This document shows positions 8,985 through 17,628 of a stretch of 28,540 nt of DNA, in pieces. The stretch lies in IMG/VR virus record IMGVR_UViG_3300020044_005708, positions 1 to 28,540 of that record; one strand, given 5' to 3'. The position numbers and the translations under genes were made by a program. The stretch is from a virus (lineage: Duplodnaviria > Caudoviricetes). The notes beneath the pieces are model-generated. The model searched no databases, was not told where the DNA came from, and saw nothing but the letters and a program-made list of their open reading frames with translations. Each line of letters opens with the position of its first letter. Positions within the stretch are counted from its first letter, which is position 1.

Positions 8985-11207
8985 ATGGCTGGAACTATTG
9001 ACGTAGGTACTATAAAGGTTGGGGGACTTGCAGAACTCAAAGCGCAATTGCGTGAAATTAAAGGTGAACTTGCAAACGCTACCGACCCGGCACAAATGCA
9101 AAGACTTGCTGAAGCAGCGGGTGCGGTTTCAGACCAAATAAAAGACGCAAACGAACAAGTGGCGGTATTTGCTACGGGGTCAAAGTTTGAAGCGACAAGC
9201 AACGCGTTTGGTTTAATGAAGTCTCAGTTAATGAGTTTGGATTTTGAAGGAGCGGCGCAGTCGGCAAAATTGTTTCAAAAGACACTTGGTTCAATTACAC
9301 CTTCGCAAATAGGCACACAAATCAAAGGACTTATTTCGGTTGTTGGGTCACTTACAAAAGCGTTTATTCAATTTGGTATTTCGTTACTTGCAAACCCAAT
9401 ATTCTTGTTGGTTGCTGCGGTGGTTGCAATCACGGTTGCAATTATTGCTTTAATGAATAAGTTTGGTTTGCTTAAACCTATACTTGACGCAATCGGCAAA
9501 GCGTTTGATTTAATAATGCAAGTTATTGACGCGGCTATACAAGCGTTTAAAGACCTTACCGACTGGTTAGGGTTAACGGCAAACGCGGCTGAAGATAGCG
9601 CGAAAAAACAAATTGCAGCGGCTGAAGCGGCAAGTAAGGCGAACAAAGAAAGAAGCGAATCCGCTACAAGGGCAATGGATTTTGAAATTGCAAAGATGAA
9701 AGCCTTAGGTCAGGACACTGCAATAATGGAAGCGCGTCGCCAAAAGGGACTTATTCAGGCAGCGAAAAATGAACAAGCGTTGATGGAGTTGCGTATTGCA
9801 AAACACGAAGAACTTAATAATCTTTCAAAAGAAGAAATAACAAAACTTCGTGAATCACTTGCAGAACAAAAAGTAATTGTTGAAAACGCGGCAAATGAGT
9901 TAACCGTAATGCGTATTAATAACGCGCAAAAGGTTGCAGAGAACGAAGAAAAGGTACGTAAAAATGCAGCGGATATACAAGCGAAACGAAAAGAAGACCA
10001 AATAAAATTCGAACAAGACCGACTTAATGCAACTCGCAGATACCAAGACTTAGAACTTGAGTTAATGAACGAAGGTATTCAGAAAGAATTATTGATGAAT
10101 CAGCGTAAATACGAACGTGAAATTCAAGACTTAAAGTACAATAAAAACCTAACGAAAAACGAACGTCTTAAATTAGAAGACGAACTTAACGTTGTAATGG
10201 GTGCGAAGGCTGACCAAATCAGAAAGACTTATTCCGACAAAGCAATACAACAAGAAATTGAATTTCAAAACAGACTTAAAGAAGTAACAACAAACGAAAA
10301 CCTTTCACGTGCCGAACTAATTAACCAAGACTATCAAAAGCAATTAGCGGATTTTCAAAAGTTGCTTACTGACAAATTAATAACTAAAGACCAATTTGCA
10401 CAACTTGAACAAGCGGCGGATGCACAACGTGTAGCAAACCAAGAAGTATTGGACGCAGAATATGCGGTGCGTGACCGTGAAGCGAAAGCGTTAATGATGG
10501 AAGAAGGTTACGCGAAAAAAGTCGAAATGCTTGACATTCAAAAACAAGAAGACCTTTCACGTTCCGATTTAACCGAACAAGAAAAACTTGCAATTGAAGA
10601 CCAGTACAACAAGAAACGTGCGGAACTTGAACAAGCTGAAAGAGAAAGAAAAGTTGAAGCGGTAAACAAAACAACTCAAATGGTTGCCGACATTACTAAG
10701 TCAGGTTTACAAGGCTTGTCTGACCTTGTCGGCGCGTTTGCTGGTAAGTCTGTTGCGTCGCAAAAGAAAGCGTTTGAAACTCAGAAAAAAATTAATATAG
10801 TAATGGCAACCATTGATATGATTAAAGGAGCGGTTTCGGCGTTCTCAAATGCAATGCAACTTGGTCCTATTGCTGGTCCTATTGTCGGTGCTTTGGTTGC
10901 TGCGTCGGTTGTCGCTTCGGGTATAGCAAACATTAAAAAAATCTCAGCAACGAAGTTCGAAGGCGGTGGCTCAACTGCACCAAGTACACCGAGTTCAAAT
11001 ATTGGTGGCGGTGAAACGGGCGGTTCAACTGCGGGGGCGGCTGCACCTTCATTTAATTTATTTGGCGGTGCAAACCAAGCCAACACAATGACTGGTTCTA
11101 AGTCTGCTGAAGCTGGACAGACAACAATTCAAGCGGTGGTTGTTGAATCTGAAATTACAACAAGCCAAAACAAGGTTAAACGAATGCAAGAAAGCGCGAC
11201 ACTATGA
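8985..11207 (+). CDS. Tail tape measure protein
   Basis: 740 aa, Ala/Glu/Lys/Gln-rich helical sequence with hydrophobic segments (ANPIFLLVAAVVAITVAIIAL; GPIAGPIVGALVAASVVASG), long coiled coils, and a C-terminal QAVVVESEITTSQ. Confidence 0.9.
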   Translation: MAGTIDVGTIKVGGLAELKAQLREIKGELANATDPAQMQRLAEAAGAVSDQIKDANEQVAVFATGSKFEATSNAFGLMKSQLMSLDFEGAAQSAKLFQKTLGSITPSQIGTQIKGLISVVGSLTKAFIQFGISLLANPIFLLVAAVVAITVAIIALMNKFGLLKPILDAIGKAFDLIMQVIDAAIQAFKDLTDWLGLTANAAEDSAKKQIAAAEAASKANKERSESATRAMDFEIAKMKALGQDTAIMEARRQKGLIQAAKNEQALMELRIAKHEELNNLSKEEITKLRESLAEQKVIVENAANELTVMRINNAQKVAENEEKVRKNAADIQAKRKEDQIKFEQDRLNATRRYQDLELELMNEGIQKELLMNQRKYEREIQDLKYNKNLTKNERLKLEDELNVVMGAKADQIRKTYSDKAIQQEIEFQNRLKEVTTNENLSRAELINQDYQKQLADFQKLLTDKLITKDQFAQLEQAADAQRVANQEVLDAEYAVRDREAKALMMEEGYAKKVEMLDIQKQEDLSRSDLTEQEKLAIEDQYNKKRAELEQAERERKVEAVNKTTQMVADITKSGLQGLSDLVGAFAGKSVASQKKAFETQKKINIVMATIDMIKGAVSAFSNAMQLGPIAGPIVGALVAASVVASGIANIKKISATKFEGGGSTAPSTPSSNIGGGETGGSTAGAAAPSFNLFGGANQANTMTGSKSAEAGQTTIQAVVVESEITTSQNKVKRMQESATL

Positions 11208-12658
11208 CAAGTTATTATTCTCTACTTAATAAAATTGAAGCGTTTTGCAACGCGCATTTACAAATCAAAAAGTTTGCGGGTGAATTTCGTGAGCAAATGC
11301 CGAACTTTTGTACACTGGATGAAAAGTACCCGGTTGTTTTTGTAGTGCCAAACGCGAGTTTACCTACATTAAACCAAAAGGATTTTACAATTGACATCTA
11401 TTGTGTGGATGTAATACAGAAAGACCGCGCAAATTTGAACGTAATATTGTCCGATACTGAGTTAATCTTAAACGACATTTACCTTTACTTTTCGGATGGT
11501 CCTGACTTGAGTGTTGAAATAATGAGTTCGCCGACATTAACACCACTAAACAACTTTGATTTGGATTACGTTGCGGGGTGGTTTATGACCGTGACTTTTC
11601 AAGTGAATGGATATTGTGTTGAAGCTATTCCTTACGAACCAATTGAACCAAGTAGCAATGATTGCGCACCAGTACGTGTATTAAATTCAGATGAAAGTTA
11701 TTTTCAAAACGTACCTTCAGGTAATACACTTAATTTACCCGACGTAAACATTCAAGTAATTGACGAAAATAGTAACGTACTTTCAAACCTTACTTACCCA
11801 AGTGTCCAAGACTTAACTATAAATGTAGACTGCCCTGAATGCTTAGACGGCGTTGCAAAAATTAAAAAGGCTGGAGATGGAACTATTGTAAACTTGAACG
11901 TGCCGTGTGGTGGTGTTGTTGAATACGATGTAGCTGACAATCAAATTTCAGTTAACGGAACTTTTGTAACTGGTATAGATGCGACTGACCCGCTTGACGT
12001 ACTTGTAAAAGACCAAAACGCGAACACAATAGTACCTTCAGATATTACTTACTTAGGCAATCAGCACCATTTAATATTGGAAATTGACACTACTGGCTTT
12101 ATTCCGGTTGGTGCGCAACTATTAAAGACGGGTCAAACAATAAGTTATTTAAGTCGCGACGATGGGGACTTTGAAGCTGGGCGATTAAATAGTTTTGATT
12201 TGCTTTGGAAAAACAACGCATTCGGAAATAACAAACGATTCACGGACACGTTAGGTCTTTCACTATACGCAAACAAATGGATTATTGACTGGTCAACTTT
12301 TGCTGACAATAAAGTACTTGGTTATTATATAGCAATTGGTGGCGGTGTAAATTGGGCGACTGCGGTAACTAATTCATACGGTACTTTTGGCGGTTTCTCA
12401 GGGTGTCGCCTTGCAAACATTCGCGAGTTGTTTAATGTAGCAACGTTTGGAAATGCAAGTGGTTGTTTAAATTACGCGCCGTTTAACGTTCAAACAAATT
12501 ATATTGTTTCAAGTACAACGCAACCCGACAACGCGGCAAACGCAATGTATATGTATACCGCAGCGCAACCAATTATTAACGGACTTGACAAGACTGCGGG
12601 AGCGTTCAGGTATATTCCCGTGCGCGACTTTACTTGGAACGGAACTAATTTAATTTAA
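11204..12658 (+). CDS. Tail terminator/completion-like domain fused to a C-terminal DUF1566 (Lcl, C-type-lectin-like) domain
   Basis: The first ~145 aa (YPVVFVVP...FTIDIYCVD...LSDTELILNDI...DYVAGWFMTVTF) look like a tail-completion protein. The C-terminus has KTGQTISY..DDGD...GR, NWATA, CRLANIREL, SSTT and YIPVR, which match DUF1566-type motifs. Confidence 0.6.
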   Translation: MTSYYSLLNKIEAFCNAHLQIKKFAGEFREQMPNFCTLDEKYPVVFVVPNASLPTLNQKDFTIDIYCVDVIQKDRANLNVILSDTELILNDIYLYFSDGPDLSVEIMSSPTLTPLNNFDLDYVAGWFMTVTFQVNGYCVEAIPYEPIEPSSNDCAPVRVLNSDESYFQNVPSGNTLNLPDVNIQVIDENSNVLSNLTYPSVQDLTINVDCPECLDGVAKIKKAGDGTIVNLNVPCGGVVEYDVADNQISVNGTFVTGIDATDPLDVLVKDQNANTIVPSDITYLGNQHHLILEIDTTGFIPVGAQLLKTGQTISYLSRDDGDFEAGRLNSFDLLWKNNAFGNNKRFTDTLGLSLYANKWIIDWSTFADNKVLGYYIAIGGGVNWATAVTNSYGTFGGFSGCRLANIRELFNVATFGNASGCLNYAPFNVQTNYIVSSTTQPDNAANAMYMYTAAQPIINGLDKTAGAFRYIPVRDFTWNGTNLI

Positions 12659-12663
12659 TAGAT

Positions 12664-12891
12664 ATGATTTACAGATTTGAACAATTCAATGTTGAAATAA
12701 CAGACCCAGTTGTAAACGTGATTTGCGTGAATGACAATATAAACACGAAAACTTGTTCTGTTGACATAACACTAACAACCGAAACCGCTGAATTTGGTGT
12801 AAACTTACAAGGCTTTACTTACGAAACAACTTGGGATGATTCAGATATTGAAGCGTGGGTTACAACTGAACTTGTAAACTACGAAGTTTAA
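12664..12891 (+). CDS. Small acidic hypothetical structural or accessory protein
   Basis: 75 aa. It follows the lectin-fusion gene in the way 8649..8954 follows the fibre gene, and has TAATG coupling to the next gene. Confidence 0.65.
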   Translation: MIYRFEQFNVEITDPVVNVICVNDNINTKTCSVDITLTTETAEFGVNLQGFTYETTWDDSDIEAWVTTELVNYEV

Positions 12892-13316
12892 TGGCTACGT
12901 TTAAAGTAAAATACGCGACCCGTAATAAACTTGCAAAGGCGTTGCAACGTACAATTAAAGATTTGACTTTAATTGAAACCTACGATTTGTACAATTCGGT
13001 TCGTATTTCTGCAATGTCAGGAACACGATTGAATGAAATTAACGTAGTTGTAAACGTACTATATTATTATTATTTTCTCGACGAAGGAACGCAATACATT
13101 GCCCCGTTTGATATTACCGAACGTTGGTTAGGTAGTTCTGAAGTTCAAAATATTATTAATGAAGTAATGCAAGAGTATATTGCTTGGCAGTTCGAAACAT
13201 ACCCTTTGCTGGAAATGGCTACAATATTAAACAACCCTAAATTGACGTTAACGTTTAACTGGATTGATGACCCTTACGGATTACCAGCGGGTGAAGTAAG
13301 TAGTTTAATAGGTTAA
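12891..13316 (+). CDS. Probable neck / tail-completion protein (HK97 gp10-like)
   Basis: IETYDLYNSVR and YYYFLDEGTQYIAP resemble the TGxLxxS and YxxFxExGT pattern of this family. Confidence 0.55.
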   Translation: MATFKVKYATRNKLAKALQRTIKDLTLIETYDLYNSVRISAMSGTRLNEINVVVNVLYYYYFLDEGTQYIAPFDITERWLGSSEVQNIINEVMQEYIAWQFETYPLLEMATILNNPKLTLTFNWIDDPYGLPAGEVSSLIG

Positions 13317-14059
13317 ACCGCTAAGTCTTTTTTCATTGAAAGCATATTGAAAGCAAAGATTGCCGACAAGTTAGTAACGTCTTCAATTTTAGTTATGTCT
13401 TCGTTTGCTAAAGTGTAAAGTGTTTGTTCCCACGACCAGCGTTTAAACTTCTTTTCTTCTTGTTCCGCTTTGATGTCTTCGATGTCAAGTTCTTCGTCTT
13501 CGTCGGGTTCGGTTATTATTGGTTCAAACAAATTGTTGTATACGTTCAGAAAGTTTTCACGCCACTTTAAATAAATAGGAATGATTTCGTACACGTGTGT
13601 TATTGGTAAGTCAACAAATTCGTTTTTTCGTTCTTCTAAGTCAAACGAATAAGGTTCACGAAGTTCGTTACTCCATTCGTCTTGTTTAGTTTTACGCCAA
13701 AATATTGCGCAAATCTTGGTTAAATTCTTGACATAACCGTCGGCGAAGAAAAACTCAAGGTCAATAAATTCACCTAACTTTAATTTGTCAGGGTGCGCAA
13801 ACACGAATGATTCAATACGCTTTTGTAACTTGTTTCTTGGTTGTTGTTTTAACCAAGTGACTTGGTCAATTACTTCGTTAAGTTCGTCGAAGTCCATTTC
13901 AAGAAAGTATTCATCTTCTTCGTCTAATAAAATTGAAAGCACTTCAATTTCATAATCTAAAATAGATTCAAATTGTTCGGTCTGAAGTTCGTTTATTTCT
14001 AAGAACTGCGCAACGGTTACGTTATGCCACCCCTTCGGTAGTTTGTCCTTCAGCTTCAT
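13313..14059 (-). CDS. Tail assembly chaperone-like protein, long form
   Basis: ATG at 14059 (MKLKDKLPKGWHNVTVAQF) preferred over the track start at 14065. Contains KLGEFIDLE, an acidic linker and a C-terminal WSWEQTLYTLANEDITKIEDVTNL module. Confidence 0.55.
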   Translation of the reverse strand: MKLKDKLPKGWHNVTVAQFLEINELQTEQFESILDYEIEVLSILLDEEDEYFLEMDFDELNEVIDQVTWLKQQPRNKLQKRIESFVFAHPDKLKLGEFIDLEFFFADGYVKNLTKICAIFWRKTKQDEWSNELREPYSFDLEERKNEFVDLPITHVYEIIPIYLKWRENFLNVYNNLFEPIITEPDEDEELDIEDIKAEQEEKKFKRWSWEQTLYTLANEDITKIEDVTNLSAIFAFNMLSMKKDLAV

Positions 14060-14597
14060 TGACAACTTTTAACTTTTCAACGGTTTCGTTCAACTTATTT
14101 CCGACGTATGCAACGAACGGGATAACAAGTTCCGCGTTTTCTTTCTTAAACAACTTTGTTTTAAAGTCAATATGCGCGTCTGAATAATGTTCGGTTGGTG
14201 TCAAGTCAGTACGTTTAAAAATGATTGCCAACATTCGCGCAAGGTAGTTCGCTGGGTCTTTCTTTATTGACTTTTCAATATATTTCAAATCACGAACGGA
14301 CAACTTAAATTCGTCTTCAAAAGATTGGTAAGTGTAACCACCTATTTCAATCGTCTTTGTATAGTTCGGGGTTATTTGTTCACGTGCCGCGTTAAACTCT
14401 TTGACGCATTCGCGAAAGTCATTGAAATCCATTTCGTTTATTTCGTTTTCGTCTGCACCTAAATAAACAAAAATGTTAATCCACTTTTCAAATGTTTCGG
14501 CTTCGTTGTCATTAATAAAAGACGACACCTTTTCAAAGGTTTGAATGTCCATTTCAGATGCGAAATTTTTGATTTCTTTACTACCTATTTTAATCAT
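14022..14597 (-). CDS. Tail assembly chaperone-like protein, short form (paralogue of 13313..14059)
   Basis: Collinear similarity to the neighbour: EMDFNDF/EMDFDEL, KLSVRDLKYIE/KLKLGEFIDLE, NYLARMLAIIFKR/KNLTKICAIFWRK, EHYS/EPYS. Confidence 0.55.
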   Translation of the reverse strand: MIKIGSKEIKNFASEMDIQTFEKVSSFINDNEAETFEKWINIFVYLGADENEINEMDFNDFRECVKEFNAAREQITPNYTKTIEIGGYTYQSFEDEFKLSVRDLKYIEKSIKKDPANYLARMLAIIFKRTDLTPTEHYSDAHIDFKTKLFKKENAELVIPFVAYVGNKLNETVEKLKVVNEAEGQTTEGVA

Positions 14598-14610
14598 AAC
14601 TTTTTTTTGG

Positions 14611-14618
14611 TAAATATA
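14611..14618 (-). promoter_or_regulatory. Possible host-type -7 box variant for the inverted gene pair
   Basis: TATATTTA on the minus strand (one mismatch to TAnnTTTG), 13 nt before ATG 14597. No -33 box seen. Confidence 0.35.
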
Positions 14619-14626
14619 AAAAAAAT

Positions 14627-14657
14627 AACACTTGTTTTTTAATGCTATTCTAAAAGT
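14627..14657 (+). promoter_or_regulatory. Putative phage late promoter, copy 4
   Basis: AACAC-ttgttttttaatg(13 nt)-CTATTCT-aaaagt-ATG(14658). Confidence 0.8.
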
Positions 14658-15644
14658 ATGAATAACGATTTACCAGTTTACAAGGTAACAATAGACGAAG
14701 AGTATAGCGACGGTCAAGACTTAGGGATTGAACAAGTTGCTTTCACGTCAAAACCAGCCATAATTGTCAAAGGGATGGCGTTTTCTGCGGTTAAAAAAAT
14801 TCAATTTACTGACGAACCAAAGATGCGAATTGTTGCACCCGCAATGATTCCGTCTGAAATATACCGAAACGACGAAGGTGAAGAATACTTTGTTGAATTT
14901 ACGGCTGACGAAATTGAAAACATTCACTTGAAATTTATGGAAGGTCTGAATAATAAAGACCTTTTCAATTTAGAACACGACCAAAAGAAGACCGTTCCAG
15001 CTTACATACTTGAAGCGTGGATTGTGGACAACCCAACTGAAGACAAGTCTTATTCAAGCTACGGAATCGAAGTGCCTAAGGGAACTTTAATGCTAACCGC
15101 TCAAGTGACTGACAAAGACTATTATAATAAGTTAGTTGAGAATGGTCAAATCGGTTTTTCAATTGAAGGCTACTTAGGTATGAAATTGAATGCACAAACA
15201 AGTAACAAATTAAATGAATATAGTATGAAGCTACCTGATGGCGAACACCTTATTGAAGGTCAGATTTACGTGGTAAAAGACGGACAAATCGTTGAAATTA
15301 AAGAAGCCGCTCCCGAAGTGGTTGAAGCTACTGAAGAAGTAGTTGAAGAAGAAGTAACCGCAACTGAAGAAGTGGTTGAAGAAGAAGAAGTTGAAATGTC
15401 TGAAGACAAAGTTGAAGAAACAACAATGGCAGTTGACCCAGTTGCTGACTCTGAAGCGGTTTTAGCAATCGTTCAACCAGCACTTGACGCAATGGCTACT
15501 GAATTACTTAAGGCAATTGCTGAAGTTAAGGCAATGATTCCAGTAGTTGAAGAAGAAGAAGTTGAAGAAGTGGCTTTGTCTGAGCAAAAATTCAGCGCTT
15601 ACGACAGATTCACGAAGTTCAGAAACTTCGATTTAAACAAGTAA
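14658..15644 (+). CDS. XkdF-like prohead protease with a C-terminal scaffold domain
   Basis: VAFTSKPAI, MRIVAPAMIP, FNLEHD, ILEAWIV, VPKGT and GFSIEG, followed by a Glu/Val-rich low-complexity region. Directly upstream of the capsid gene. Confidence 0.8.
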   Translation: MNNDLPVYKVTIDEEYSDGQDLGIEQVAFTSKPAIIVKGMAFSAVKKIQFTDEPKMRIVAPAMIPSEIYRNDEGEEYFVEFTADEIENIHLKFMEGLNNKDLFNLEHDQKKTVPAYILEAWIVDNPTEDKSYSSYGIEVPKGTLMLTAQVTDKDYYNKLVENGQIGFSIEGYLGMKLNAQTSNKLNEYSMKLPDGEHLIEGQIYVVKDGQIVEIKEAAPEVVEATEEVVEEEVTATEEVVEEEEVEMSEDKVEETTMAVDPVADSEAVLAIVQPALDAMATELLKAIAEVKAMIPVVEEEEVEEVALSEQKFSAYDRFTKFRNFDLNK

Positions 15645-15666
15645 ATAACAACAAATAATAAATACA

Positions 15667-16608
15667 ATGAACAGAAAACTAAAATTCGACTTGGACATTG
15701 AAACAAACGCTTTGCTTTGTCCAAACCCAAATGAGTTCTATGGTCGTGCTTATATAACTGAGGACATCGTAGACAATTACAGAACACTTCCTGGTATCAA
15801 ATCAGCTACTAAATTAGCGAACGTTACTTTCGGAAACATTTTACAAGCGTCAACTTGTAACTTTACTGCACCAACAGACGCACTTGACGCAATTGACGTT
15901 GACGTTTGTGCATTGTCCGCAATGGCTCAACTTTGCCAATTTGACCTTGAGCAGTCTTTCGTTTCTTTGCAAATGGCACAAGGTTCAAACGGTGACTTTA
16001 CAGTTGCTGCATTTATGAATTATTACTGGGCGGAAATGGCTGGTAAAATCGGTGAAGGAATTGAGTTGCTACGTTGGCAAGGTGACACCCTTAGCGAAGA
16101 CGCTACACTTGGATTGTGTGACGGTTACATTAAGAAGTTTTGTAACGACGATTTAATCGTTGCTGGAACTAATGGTTTGTACAACGGTGCAATCACTTCA
16201 GGAAACGTACTTACTGAAATGGAATCCGTATACGTTGCGGCTACACCAGCAATACTTCAGAGAAAATCTGACCTTCGTTTTTACGTTTCTTCAAACGTGG
16301 CTGCCGCTTACGAAATTGCAGCTGCAACTGGTAACAGTCAAACGTATGTTACAACTCCATTACCTTTGACTTTCTTAGGTGTTAAAGTTGTTGTGTGTGC
16401 GGGAATGCCTGACAACACTATGGTATTGACATTGAAGTCAAACTTGGTTTACGCATTCGATGCTGAAGGAGATTCTAAAGCGTTAAAGGCGGTTAACTTG
16501 TCTGACTCAGTTGCTGAGCCTTACTTGAGAACACGTGCTAACTTGAAGGTTGGATTCCATTACACGAACCCTTCCGAGATTGTTGTATACAACGTTTGTT
16601 TCGACTAA
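15667..16608 (+). CDS. Major capsid protein
   Basis: 313 aa, positioned after the protease/scaffold and followed by a terminator. Motifs LPGIKSATKL, LRWQGD...CDGYIKK and FLGVKVVVCAGMPDNTMV fit an HK97-fold capsid of Bacteroidota phages. Confidence 0.85.
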   Translation: MNRKLKFDLDIETNALLCPNPNEFYGRAYITEDIVDNYRTLPGIKSATKLANVTFGNILQASTCNFTAPTDALDAIDVDVCALSAMAQLCQFDLEQSFVSLQMAQGSNGDFTVAAFMNYYWAEMAGKIGEGIELLRWQGDTLSEDATLGLCDGYIKKFCNDDLIVAGTNGLYNGAITSGNVLTEMESVYVAATPAILQRKSDLRFYVSSNVAAAYEIAAATGNSQTYVTTPLPLTFLGVKVVVCAGMPDNTMVLTLKSNLVYAFDAEGDSKALKAVNLSDSVAEPYLRTRANLKVGFHYTNPSEIVVYNVCFD

Positions 16609-16628
16609 TTAAATAATTAACTAACTAA

Positions 16629-16662
16629 AGAGGGGAGCGGGTTTGTCCCTTTCCCCTTTTTT
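16629..16662 (+). terminator. Rho-independent terminator after the capsid gene
   Basis: AGGGGAGCGGG-tttgt-CCCTTTCCCCT followed by a T run. Confidence 0.8.
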
Positions 16663-16675
16663 AATACTTAAAAAA

Positions 16676-17188
16676 ATGGCTTGTACAATAATTGAAAACA
16701 TAACTAAAGGATGCGACAACAATCAGGGTGGCATTCAGGCGGTTTACATTCAGTCACAAAGCGAAGTTACTATACCAGTAACGGTTAACGCAACGAACTG
16801 GGAGGTAACGTCAATTACAACGGCAACGGATTTTCAACCGTTTGAATTTAACAGAAACACGGGAAGCTACACAGAAGAAGCGGCTATTGACTTAGTGAAT
16901 GGTTCTTCTTTCGTAACCCAAACAATTACTTTAATGTTTCACCGACGTGAAGCGGCAAAGTCTCGCGCTATTAAAATTCTTGGCGAAGGGCAAAGAGACC
17001 TTTGTGTTATCGTTAAAGATATGAACGGCACATATTGGTGGTTTGAAAACGTTCAAGTAACTGGATTCGCTGAAGGTTCTGGAACGGCGAAGGCTGACGG
17101 TTCTAAGTATTCCGTTACTTTGACCGCTGAATCGGAATTTTTGGCGTACACGGTTGACCCAACAATCATTGCTGGATTACTTCCATAA
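16676..17188 (+). CDS. Major tail (tube) protein
   Basis: Start reassigned to ATG 16676 (MACTIIENITKGCDNNQGGIQAVYI). Beta-rich 170 aa with FVTQTITLMF, IVKDMNGTYW and GSKYSVTLTAE. Confidence 0.75.
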   Translation: MACTIIENITKGCDNNQGGIQAVYIQSQSEVTIPVTVNATNWEVTSITTATDFQPFEFNRNTGSYTEEAAIDLVNGSSFVTQTITLMFHRREAAKSRAIKILGEGQRDLCVIVKDMNGTYWWFENVQVTGFAEGSGTAKADGSKYSVTLTAESEFLAYTVDPTIIAGLLP

Positions 17189-17209
17189 AATACCAATTTC
17201 GCAAACACG

Positions 17210-17244
17210 AAGACGCTCACAATTACGGTGGGCGTTTTTGTTTT
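17210..17244 (+). terminator. Rho-independent terminator after the tail tube gene
   Basis: AAGACGCTCAC-aattacg-GTGGGCGTTTT-TGTTTT. Confidence 0.8.
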
Positions 17245-17246
17245 AT

Positions 17247-17276
17247 AACAACTAAGTATTTCTACTATTCTTAAGT
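17247..17276 (+). promoter_or_regulatory. Putative phage late promoter, copy 5
   Basis: AACAA-ctaagtatttcta(13 nt)-CTATTCT-taagt-ATG(17277), immediately after the terminator. Confidence 0.8.
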
Positions 17277-17627
17277 ATGATTTACATTGAACAAGGTCAG
17301 ACAAATCAAATCGTTTTAACGTTGACAGAGAACGCAACGATTGTAAACCCTTATTGGTTGTTTGAATTTGAGAACGAATACAACACGGATAGTCAACCTA
17401 TTTACTGGACAATGTCAGATTATTCCGCTTACCCGGAAAGGTTTAATATATTCCAATTTATTGAAGGGGTTGACTTAAATTTGATTAAGGGACAATACTT
17501 TTATAAGGTTTATGAAAGTGCTGACCCTATTATAATAGACCCAAACACTACACCCGACGGTCTTCGATTAGTTGAAGAAGGGCGTATGGTTGTATGGGGT
17601 ACGCAATTAAACACAATTTACGATTAA
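17277..17627 (+). CDS. Probable head-completion / virion structural protein
   Basis: 116 aa, beta-rich, first gene of the portal transcription unit. Confidence 0.55.
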   Translation: MIYIEQGQTNQIVLTLTENATIVNPYWLFEFENEYNTDSQPIYWTMSDYSAYPERFNIFQFIEGVDLNLIKGQYFYKVYESADPIIIDPNTTPDGLRLVEEGRMVVWGTQLNTIYD

Positions 17628-17628
17628 T

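Noticed and set aside
12100-12658. Diversity-generating retroelement targeting the DUF1566 domain
   Set aside because: No reverse transcriptase and no template-repeat copy were seen in the genome.
14022-14065. Programmed frameshift fusing the two inverted genes
   Set aside because: No canonical slippery heptamer in the overlap, and the second gene has its own ATG and a full paralogous domain.
15316-15395. GAAGAAGT-type tandem repeats as a CRISPR or regulatory array
   Set aside because: They encode the Glu/Val-rich scaffold region and have no spacers.
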